A stretch of DNA of 64,000 nucleotides, from assembly GCF_006345805.1 (NCBI RefSeq), contig NC_042998.1:184698001-184762000 (forward strand), given 5' to 3'. The first letter of the stretch is position 1, and the number at the start of each line of letters is the position of its first letter. Under the pieces are notes generated by a model. It was not told the DNA's origin. It did not search any database and saw only the letters and a program-made list of their open reading frames with translations. Of the stretch, positions 14,980 to 26,172 are shown one piece after another. Origin of the DNA: Octopus sinensis. Lineage: Eukaryota. A program made the position numbers and the translations under genes.

Positions 14980-15040
<61 letters not shown>

Positions 15041-15227
15041 CAATCTTGCTACTGCTTCTAAATATTGCAAAAATCATAATTATATTACTAATAATAACGT
15101 ATACCACAGTGTTAATTTGTACTGGTTTGATTTTGCGCATAATATGAAAGAAAATCACTTGTGAGACACGTTTGTGTATATGTGTTTATTGAATATATGT
15201 ATATCAATATGTATATACATCTATGAG

Positions 15228-15261
<34 letters not shown>

Positions 15262-15287
15262 ATATATATATATGTATAGATGATAGG

Positions 15288-15318
<31 letters not shown>

Positions 15319-15466
15319 ATATATATATATATATATGTTGCGCGTGCAAATATAAATCTGTTAAATCCCTCCTTTTTGCCCCTCTTCCTCACCTATATGC
15401 TCATCGCTCTCTGTATGTTATGTATATCTATGTATATACATAACATTATATACAGACATACATATA

Positions 15467-15497
<31 letters not shown>

Positions 15498-15547
15498 GTA
15501 TGTATAGACACACATGTATACATATACGCAACATACATACACGTGAG

Positions 15548-15580
<33 letters not shown>

Positions 15581-15717
15581 CAAACATGTATGGTATATGA
15601 TCACACACGCAAACACTTAATGTGTGCTAGACAGACAATACGATGTTACATTTTTATATGTGTGTACACACTGAGGTTTACCTTATTTATCAATCTTTAT
15701 GTATCTGCGATATATAT

Positions 15718-15760
<43 letters not shown>

Positions 15761-17020
15761 TACGATAAATATATATCTTATTATACATGGATGAACACGA
15801 AATAATTAGATTTGAGTTGCCTGAAATGTTTAATTAATCAATATAATAGGGAATATCAAACAAAGCGGGAAATACTTGGGCGTCTCTAGTCGTCCTAATA
15901 CCTTGAGAATGGAGGATCTATCTCATTGGCTAAACAGAAAGTTCGATTACTGTCTACTTGTTTCGATTTATGAGCCTGATTGATTAGGGCTCATCAGGGA
16001 TGAATTAATGGAGATAGCCATAACTGCAACTACAACCACGAAGAAAATCCTTTTCTCGGTAGATTTGTAATCGTCTTTGTTTGTGGCCTTGTCGTTGTTG
16101 CTGCTGTTTAGTTCTTTGTCCGCCCTGATGAGCAGACCCGTTCCGACTAGACGGACAAGTCCTTTTCTTTCAGACGTGATACTTCTACGGCTCAATTATC
16201 CAGTGTGGTTTGTCTTTTTTAAGACGGTACGGCGTGATCCGAGGGAGATTTGTCAAACAGGTTCAACAGCGATTTACAAACTCCTTCAGTGACTCACACA
16301 AAATGAAATTAAATCCATTGGGATCCTGGACGCAGTTTTGTTGCATGGGTCGCTCACTGTGAAAGTGTCTAAGTGTGTAGATGTGTGCAATTGTTTTCGT
16401 AAGTGTGTATGTATATGAATACGTGTGTGTGTTTACGTTATGCTTATAAAATGCATACGCGTATATACACACGCATATGTACTCAGAAACTCATACAAAC
16501 GAAAATATATGCTTATAGGTTTATGTGTGTGTATATGGCCAGATAACCGAAGAGATGGTAGTGTGGATTTCCACCTCGGCATCCGAAACTCAGAGTTTTA
16601 TCTTGGCTACCAAATATTTGTCACATATTATTTTACAGATAAATTTCTTCTATTTACATAATATTGAGGTCTCTTTCTTTCTTTTGTTTAACTTACCGTT
16701 TTTACTAATATATATATGATCTATATATATATATATATATATACATGTGTGTCTGTGTGTGTGTATGGACATATTCCTAGGTCCATTTCATCGTCATTTC
16801 ATGATCTCAAAAAGTTTCTTCATCTTCAGGCGATCACTTATAGACTAGCACTTTCTCTGGGGTATCCATGCGTGTGTATGTATGCATGTGTGTGTATGCG
16901 AAATTAGCCTGTGTTTGTACGGGGTCTTTTTGTTATTATTTTTATCATAATTTTAATCAACAATTATCGGGAGTGTTGTGTTGAGCAGAATATTAGGATT
17001 AAGACATCTCTTTTAGTTAA

Positions 17021-17120
17021 NNNNNNNNNNNNNNNNNNNNNNNNNNNNNNNNNNNNNNNNNNNNNNNNNNNNNNNNNNNNNNNNNNNNNNNNNNNNNNNN
17101 NNNNNNNNNNNNNNNNNNNN
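17021..17120. other. assembly gap (100 N)
   Basis: Run of N. Confidence 1.
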
Positions 17121-17330
17121 CTGTGTGTCTGTGTGTCTGTGTTGTCCCCCCTATCACCACTTGAAAATCGGTGTTGGTGTGTTTACGTTCCCGTTAACTA
17201 GCTGTCGCGCAAAAGAGACCGATAGAATAAGTACCAGGCTTAGAAAATAAGTATTGGGGTCGATGCATTCGACTAAAAATTCTTCAAGGTGGTGCTCCAG
17301 CATGGCCTCAGTCTAATGACTGAAACAGGT
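17121..17330 (+). mobile_element. SINE family A 3' half, cut by the gap
   Basis: AAAGAGACCGATAGAATAAGTAC...CAGTCTAATGACTGAAACAGGTA. Confidence 0.75.
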
Positions 17331-18232
17331 AGGTACACGATAAAAGATAAAGTGTAAGCAAACAAATAGGGAGTGCATATATATATATTTCAAGGGTTTC
17401 AGAGAAAGATTTCACGAATAGAAAACAACAGAAAGTTACAAAAAATTTATCAAATTTTTCTGTATACACACACACACACACACACACACATGAATGTGTA
17501 TATGTTATTTTCATAGTTTACTGGCTTCAGTCATTGGATTGTGGCCATTCTGAGACACCGCCTTCCTCATGAGGCCTATCATATCGATTCTAGCTAATAT
17601 TTCAGTCCCATACTTATCTTACCGATCAAAGTGTGTCGAACAAGATGACGAGACATATTGGGACACCTCCTACATAATATAAATGCAGGCACACACATAT
17701 ACGCGCTTCCTTATATATATATATATATATATATATCCATACCTACACGATATGATTTTGTGTATTTTGACATAGACGTCGGGTCCGATCCGATTGGTGA
17801 TCCTGTCCTGTTTTTGTCATGTTGTGCTGTGCCTGTGAATATGCTTAAATCATAACCGATCACTTTTTTATATATTTATTGTTGTATGTATGTAGATACA
17901 CACACACACACACACACACATAAAATACATATACACCCAGGTATATATGCATATACCTCTTCTCTGTGTCTATGTATATATGTACACATATACATACATT
18001 CACGCATATATATATATATATATATGCATATACAAACGTTACATAGGCGTATGTATGTGTGCATATGTAGTTATATAATTATACGTGTGTGTGTATATAT
18101 ATATATATATTATATATGCATATATATATATATATATATATATGCATACATTATATATATATATATGTATATGTATTATATATATGTATAATTAAGTATA
18201 ATAATATATTTAAATGTATATGTATGTATATG

Positions 18233-18263
<31 letters not shown>

Positions 18264-19323
18264 GTATATATATGTATATATATATGTATATATATGTATA
18301 TATATATATGTGTGTATATAAATATATATGTATATATATAAGACACTCATACATAATTTCATAGATACATAACATATTTACGTATGTTTTGTGTGTATGT
18401 GCGTGTGAGTATGTATGTGTTTATGTGTGTATATCTACATCAGTGTATACATATATATATAAATATTAAGTTTCAACTTTTGGCACAAGGTCAGCTACGT
18501 ATATATAAATATTTATATGCAGTGATATATAACGCGTTTATATTTACACGCACACACTTATAACTAATCTATTTACTTCTTTCTTCTTCTATTCTTTATA
18601 TATATTTTTCTTTTTCCAGGCAGAGAGTCCGACCATGCTGGAGCACCGTTGTTTTAGTGAATACTGGTTTATTTACTTTAATTTCTACGGCGCTCTCGAT
18701 TTGGTGAAAATTGGAATTTGACAACACCGCCCTTATTTTCGTTTCTTGCTGTGATGAAGGTTCATCTCGTACCGTAGATAAATGCTTAAGTGTTTTCCGA
18801 AATACTTCCAGATCTCCGCCTCCTAAAATATCCCAGTCCCCTACCCCTCCTCCTTTTTATTCTGTTTTTAAATATTTCTTTAACAAGGTGTTGAAATGCT
18901 GTAGGCACATGGACCCTAAAATGTTGCAGCATCAAGTTTTTGATCTATGTAGAGAGGGTGAGATACTTCGTATTAAGCAGTGACGTTTAGTTCGGAGGGT
19001 AACATGCGGTAGAACCCAGTTCGAGGCTAATACATAAAGGCATCCAATTCGGTGAAATATTATGCATTGACGGCCTATTCGGTGGTGACGATCTGGGTTC
19101 TAGTTCGGACACAACTTTATTGTATAAGTTAATATTGGTGATCAACTTACAAAAAACCAACAAAATATTTACTGATGGTGGGATCTTTGCATTTATCAAC
19201 AACAGAGACACGACATGTGAGTGTGTGGGTGTGTATGTATAAATTTAGATAAGCTTAGATATGTTTCGGTCAAAAATACACCCAGGCCATGTTTAACTTA
19301 AGAGCAACACACACACATACACA

Positions 19324-19373
<50 letters not shown>

Positions 19374-20013
19374 TATATATATATATATTTAAATATACGC
19401 ACATGCATATATATATGTATATATATATATATAATGTATAATATATATGTATATATAATATATATATATATATAATATATACATGCATACATATATATAT
19501 ATATGCATGCAACTATTATATTACATACAATATATTGTATATTATATATGTGTGGTGTGTATATATATATATATATATTCATACATATATATGTATATCT
19601 ATATATACATATATATATATATATTCTATCCATGCTCACACGAGCACACACGCATATACACATACACACAAGAGCGCATACATTCATACATACGTACATA
19701 CATACATACATACATACATACACACACACAAGTGTGCATGCATACATACTGGAATTGGAGAATTCAATACCTAGCAGTGATCAATGATTTTACACTAGTT
19801 TGAGAATATTCAGAGCCCTTTATAACCCGCCCGAAATATACACGATATATCGCATAGATTTTTTAAAATTTCTAATATTTAATTTTGTATATTACTCTAT
19901 TAGTAAAACTTTATTTTAAAGATGATTTGTTTTGGTTACCTTTTTGTTCTTTATTGATGTAACTATTGTTAGGTGTTTGATATCCTCTTATTGTTATTGT
20001 CAATATCACCCTT

Positions 20014-20083
20014 TTTCACTACGCCAATTGACTACGCCAATTTCACTACGCCAATTGTCTACGCCAATTTCACTACGCCATTC
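20014..20083 (+). repeat. short tandem array of (CA/G)CTACGCCAATT units
   Basis: Five copies of CTACGCCA with alternating 13/14-nt spacing. Confidence 0.85.
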
Positions 20084-20384
20084 TTCGTTGTACTGTCCTT
20101 CATATCTTGAGCTTCATTCTGTAGTCAATGAATGAAATAATATCGGCTCCTGTAATTCAAATCGTCCTCAAACTGGTTTTGTTTATTACTTCTTTCCATG
20201 ACCTCTCTTATCTACGTTTACCTTTAATTCACCCGGAGTCGATAAAATAAGAGTACCAGTCAAGTACTCTGGTCGACGTAATCTACACACATCGCTTCTT
20301 TCATAGTTAGTAGTCTTCAGCTTCAATAGGAAACCAATATAAAAGCGACGAGTTGGTAGGATCGTTACTGCGACGGACCAAATG

Positions 20385-20772
20385 CTTAGCGGCATTTCGT
20401 CCGTCTTTGCGTTGTGTGTTCAAATTTTGCCTTTATCTATTTAGGGGTCGATAAAATAAGTATCGGTTGTGCACTATGGTCGATGTAATCTGATTGCCCC
20501 CTTCCCGAAATTTCAGACCTTGTGCCTATAATAGAAAAGATTATCATTATTACGCCGGAAAAAATGCTTAGCGGCATTTCGACCGTCTTTACATTTGTGT
20601 GTTCATATTCCGCCGCGGTCGACTTTGCCTTTCATCCTTTCGGGGTCGATAAATTAAGTGCCAGTTCAGTACTGGAGTCGATGTTATCGACTATCCCACT
20701 CCCCTAAATTTTAGGCCTTGTGTTTATAGTAGAAGGGATCATTGTTATTATTATTATATAATGGGCGATGCA
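20385..20772 (+). mobile_element. two head-to-tail SINE family C copies (GGTCGAT core, CCTTGTGCC tail); duplicated at 24354-24715
   Basis: Shared TTCATCCTTTCGGGGTCGATAAA core. The unique 3' flank TATAATGGGCGATGCA is present in both copies. Confidence 0.8.
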
Positions 20773-21099
20773 TTGACAGATTCATTAGGGCGTCTGGTAA
20801 AATGCTGTGCGATATTCAATCGGGCACTTTACTTACTGACATTGAATCTCAACTTTGCCTTTCATCCTTCCGTGGTCAAATAATTATATAAAGTAGAAGT
20901 CCAAGTACTGAATGGATTTAATCAATTAACCGCGCCGCACCCACAAAAATTTCTGCCTTGTGCCTATACAGCAGCTCTCAAGATTCGTCACTACATACCC
21001 GTGTGAGTAAAATGAAAAATAGTTCCGCGTGTATATACAGGAAGACTTCACGATTTGTCTTAGACATCATTATATTACACGTTTATAAGCGGTGGGGAG

Positions 21100-21310
21100 G
21101 AAGGCGAACTGGCGGAATCGTTAGAGTGCCGTAATATATGCCATCTGGTATTTCTCCAGACATTTTACTTTTCGATTTCGAATCCCGCCGAAATCAACTT
21201 TACCTTTCATTCTTTCATGATCAATAAAATAAAGTACCAGTTAAGTATGGAAATCGATGATATCGACTTGCATCTACCTTCAAAAGCTTCTGACCTCCTG
21301 CCCTTAAGCA
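21100..21310 (+). mobile_element. SINE family C, degenerate
   Basis: AAGGCGAACTGGCGGAATCGTTAG head and TCGAATCCC B-box-like motif. Confidence 0.6.
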
Positions 21311-21419
21311 GAACCCATTATTGTGCCGGTAGGTAAGTTGATGTTGTCGCAGTCGATGCCCAGCTTATCCTTGATTCTGCAGAACTATAACCAGATACGT
21401 TCCTCTGAAACTATCTACA

Positions 21420-21765
21420 TTTTTCCCTTTTGTTTTAGTTAGTGGACTGCAGTCATTGAAGAGTGTAGTCGAACGAATCGACCCCACAACTTATTTTAAA
21501 GTCTAACATCAGTCTCTTTTGGCCGAACCGCTAAGTTACGAGACATAAAGAAACCAAACTGCTTGTCAAGCATAAAGACACGCACTCGCACATAGACATA
21601 CACACATACATGCGACGGTCTTCTACACAGTTTCCGTCTACCAAATCCACTCAAAAGGCATTAGTCGGCGCGGAGCTATAGTAAGAAGGCACTTACACAA
21701 AATGCCGCGTTGTAGGATTGAACTGGAAACCACGTGGTTGCAAAGCGAGGATCTTAACCACAAGA
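21420..21765 (-). mobile_element. SINE family A, degenerate
   Basis: GCCGAACCGCTAAGTTACG and TTTCCGTCTACCAAATCCACTC blocks. Confidence 0.7.
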
Positions 21766-21859
21766 CCCATTCAGGTTTTAAAAAGTTTATTTTTTATTCA
21801 GATGGCGCATCTATGACTTTATCCAATGTCACTTTGTCTTTTAAAGAATTTTAAATAAT

Positions 21860-22280
21860 GATGTTGGTGGTGGTAGTGGTGGTGGTGGCGGTGGTCGTGG
21901 TGGTGGTGGTGGTGGTGTGGTAGCGGTGGTGGTAGTGGTGATGTTCGATTGTTTACAGAACTACAAAGACAGTAATTGTAGTAGCGAGTAAGAGTGATAG
22001 TAGACCGTAATTGTAACATTGGACGGTGGTGTGGGGTGGTGTGGGTTGTGTGGGTGGTGTGGGTTGTGTGGATGGTGTGGGTTGTGTGGGTGGTGTTATG
22101 TTGGTTGGCTCCAGTGGTTGTTGTTGTTGTTGTTGCTTGAGGTTATTACAGAAGTGATGTTGATAAAACATATCAGTGTATTCTCACAGTGATTGTGATG
22201 GCGTTGGTGTATGTGCTGCCTGATGTAGAAAGGGTAGTAGTTACAACTGAAAAAAAAAAAAGCGGTGACGCGAGCAGTAG

Positions 22281-22312
<32 letters not shown>

Positions 22313-22360
22313 GCAGCAACAACAACAACAGCAGCAGCAATAACAGCAGCAGCAGCGGTA
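21860..22360 (+). repeat. (GGT)n, an 18-bp GGTGTGGGTTGTGTGGGT minisatellite, and (CAG/CAA)n tracts
   Basis: Read directly from the sequence. Confidence 0.85.
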
Positions 22361-23613
22361 GTATTTGTTAGTAGTATAGTTGTTGTAGCTTGTGACGTCT
22401 GTGTAGATATGATAGTGTTTATTATTGTTATCTGCTCCTGCTGTTATTGTATAGCTGCTGGAACGACTAGGAGGAGAAACGGGGCGGAGCAAGATCGGTT
22501 GGGTAGGGCCAGTTGGCAGTCGCAATAAACCGGGTGGTTAAACGCTAACAATGAGTAAGTCGGGTGTTATTATTTATATAGTTTTTTTGTTTTTTTTAAC
22601 TCCTCATGAGTTGTCACTTTACTTAGAGTCAACTTAGCTTACTTAAATGACTCATTCACTCACTGACCTTTGAAGATATGCCTGACTTCCAGTGACTCTT
22701 ATTTACTCGGAGTGAATGAAACTGATTTATCGTTGTTTAGCATCAGATCAGTCGTGATCGAACGGGTTTATTATGAAAAGAGGCCTCACACGTGATCGTC
22801 CTGTTTTATTTCAAGTTTAGTGTACCTTGGAATACCTTATCCCGATGTGTACTTCCCCATTAAAAAAAACCCTTTCTCTCTCCTCTGTATTACATGTGGA
22901 TACACAGATCATATTTCTATGGCGTCCATGGATCATAAACGATACAGATTCCGGATATTTTTTTCTTACCATCAAAATGACTTTATATTACCATCAGAAA
23001 GCTTTATATTACTCAGAACGTATGAAACAAGGGCTAACTAAAAGTCTGTAAACAAACGTGGAGATTAAGGACAAACTTATGAAGAGCCTTTGGACAGTCA
23101 AAGGGATAAGGCAAGGATATGGTTTAATGCAGAATTTTACTGATATTTCCAGCCGGTCATACAAACATTGTGTTTGTTTAACAATTTGTCTCACTGCTTG
23201 ATTGTCAGTGACAGCCGATTAACGTTACAGGCTGCACATAAGTTGGATTAAACCATAAATACATATGGAGGTACCATACACAAGATCTATATTCTTTAGT
23301 GTTTTCGGGATAATTTGTAAATAGCTTTCTCCAAGATTGTTGAAGTTCGACTCACGTTAATACATGTCAATTTTACATGGCTATCACCGCTTACTGTTCG
23401 TTGTGCTTCATTACAGTTATAAATGAGCTGAATCATTGAGTCTTATACATCATTTCGACTGTGACGAACGGTTGTCAAACTCCTCAGTCAATTCAGCCAT
23501 ATTTGGTTCCTCATTGGGTTACCTGGTGCAATACTACAATACTACACGGGACGCCGTAAGATATAGTCAATAATAATGGAAGCCGGTCCGTCCACCCATA
23601 TGTGTGTGTGTGC

Positions 23614-23696
<83 letters not shown>

Positions 23697-23783
23697 AGAT
23701 TGAAAAGGAACACACGAGTTGATATATATGGAAAAAAAAGTCAAGGTAGAAAATGCTAAAATAATTTTATAAAAAGCATTTTA

Positions 23784-24010
23784 GTACAGGTTTCAGTCAT
23801 TGAGACTTATTCAACTGTAAGTATGGAAAACAATTAAATTTTGAAAAAAAGAAAAGTTTTTTAAAGAATATTTGCATAGTTTCAATACAAGGGGAATTTT
23901 CCTTGTTTCTGCCTGTTTCTGTCTCTCTTGTTTACTCTCGTGGGTTCTTTTTCAAAATTTAATTGTTTTCCATACAGTTGAAAAAGTCTCAATGACTGAA
24001 ACCGGTACTG
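23784..24010. mobile_element. fold-back pair of pseudo-LTR-like arms carrying hammerhead motifs (Penelope-like or retrozyme)
   Basis: 23784-23853 is the reverse complement of 23945-24008. The spacer 23851-23930 recurs inverted at ~24716-24810. Confidence 0.7.
23975..24010 (+). ncRNA. minimal type I hammerhead ribozyme, U3-A8 core variant
   Basis: CAG-TTGAAAA-AGTC(TCAAT)GACT-GAAA-CCGG-TA-CTG. Stems I and II are perfectly paired, loop III is the palindrome ACCGGT, and the cleavage triplet is GUA. Confidence 0.7.
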
Positions 24011-24353
24011 AAACACTGGGGTTGTTGTAATCGACTAGCTTCTCCCGTCAAAACCTTTGAAACTAAAATTATTATTTTAGCTGACAGAATTGTTAACGCG
24101 TCGAACGAGTTGTTCAGCAGTATTTCTTCCTACTCTTTACTTCTGAGTTCAAGTTCTGCCTTTGAGGTTCATAAAATAAGCAGAAGTTGAGTACAGAGAT
24201 CGATATAATCGACTAAATCCCTACCCGTAGAAATGCCTTGAACCAAAGTCTGAATCATGATTCATAGTTTTGTGACAGTTATAAGTTTTGTGAGTGACAG
24301 GGCGTAAGGTGTGTAGATCGAACCGTTGATAAATTTTTCGACTTTTTAGTTGA

Positions 24354-24715
24354 GTCTTTGCGTTGTGTGTTCGATTTTTGCCTTCATCTCTTTGGGGGTC
24401 GATAAAATAAGTACCGGTTGTGCACTATGGTCGATGTAATCTGCTTGCCCCCTTCCCGAAATTTCAGGCCTTGTGCCTATGGTAGAGAAGATTATTACGC
24501 CGAGCAAAATGGTTAGAGGCATTTCGACCGTCTTTACATTGTGTGTTCATATTCCGCCGAGATTGACTTCGCCTTTCATCCTTTCGGGGTCGATAAATTA
24601 AGTGCCAGTTGAGTACTGGGGTCGATGTTATCGACTATCCTACTCCCCTAAATTTTAGGCCTTGTGTTTATAGTAGAAGGGATTATTGTTATTATTAATA
24701 TATAATGGGCGATGC
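24354..24715 (+). mobile_element. second copy of the tandem SINE family C pair
   Basis: High similarity by eye to 20403-20772. Confidence 0.8.
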
Positions 24716-25714
24716 AAGAGAGGCAAGGACAGGCAGAAACAAGGAAAATGCCATTTGTATTTGAATACTATGCAAATATTCTTTTAAAAAACTTTTTACC
24801 TTCGTTTATCTTACTAGTGTCATTGGGAAAGGCATGAACATCACAACCTACTCGTTTTATTTTCTGACCTTAAAATCCAACTGCCACGGAGTAACAGGTA
24901 ACATTTGAAAACTCGAGCGGTTCCAAGTCTGTTTTGAATAGATTTCATTTCAACAAATTCTTTAAGAATGGGTTAATTTATTCCATTTTCTATTTTCCTT
25001 TGCTCTAAACAGTGTCAGTTCTTAGATATAAATAAAGCATTATCATGTTTATTTTTAACATAAATTAAAATTTTCTCTCTGTAATAGTCACACTGTACTG
25101 TGCTTCTCGTAGTTCTAATGCCAGAGTATTTCCTTCATTATTTTTCAGCCTGACAGGCAATTAAAACATTAAATAAAATAATTTGAAAATATTTATAGAA
25201 TTATTGTGATATTGTGATCGTAAAGCTCTGATGATAAGGTCATAGGTGGAAGCATAGCTCTAACTGGAAAAGCGATGGCGTTGATGGCGGTGAAGTTGGA
25301 GAACTGCACCTGTAGTGTCGTAGTAAATCTCACCTTCATTTAAATAATATATGCGCGAGAGTTTCTTTTGTATTTGTTTTTTTGCTTTTCATTGATTTAG
25401 TGTGAAGAAAAGGTATTTTTCCATGGCATCCACTGGAACTCTGTAATTGATACCGTTGACGTTCGGCTTGAAACTTCTGAAAGTCGACGGCTGCAAGAAA
25501 AGACAAGAAAAGAAGTTCAAGGAAGGAAACCTAGAGAATCTATATTTTGGATATAGAGGATGTTGTGATGATTTTGGATTTGTGTGCTAATTTTGGAAAG
25601 CATTTGTAGAGAAATGTTGAAGTTGTTTCAAGACAAACGAACAAGTATCGACACTATACATCTATAGATACAGATTCCAAATGTGTTACATCAGAATCAG
25701 AGAAGAACATAATT

Positions 25715-25935
25715 TAAATATACAAATATCCACGTTTAGTTTAAATATATAGATGTCTACATATAGAGATCCACACTCAGTTTAGTCATATAGAAAGATG
25801 TCAACACACATTAAACATATTGATATCCACATTCAATTTAAATATTTAAACATCCACGTTCATTTTAAATACATAGATGTCAACACTCAGTTTAAATATA
25901 CAAATGTCCACATTCATTTTATATACAGATCAAAT
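25715..25935 (+). repeat. degenerate ~27-bp minisatellite (AAATATAnAGATGTCCACAnTCAGTTT-like)
   Basis: About 7 diverged units visible. Confidence 0.75.
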
Positions 25936-26172
25936 GCTTCCGTCAAGCAACGTCAGCTTAACCATCTGTTAGTTAACATGTTTATTTGTTAAGTTCTTTG
26001 ATTAGCATAAGCTGATAGATTTGACGTTGAAAAGCGGAGGAGGTTTATATTCGATTTAATCGATGCCAGAGGATGACTAGTACTTATTGTTATCGGCTCC
26101 TGCTTAGAATAATTAAAGTTAAAACAAGAGCACTCAGAGAGCGCAAACCTCTGCCAAGGCAACACCAACGTC

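Noticed and set aside
15950-16000. Minus-strand CTGATGA-GCC..GGC...GAAAC-AA-GTA hammerhead look-alike
   Set aside because: There is a 9-nt insertion before GAAA, no stem I, and the core is sequestered in an alternative hairpin.
25767-25779. 13-nt match to miR-279 as recalled (AGATCCACACTCA)
   Set aside because: The seed differs, there is no hairpin, and it lies within a minisatellite unit.
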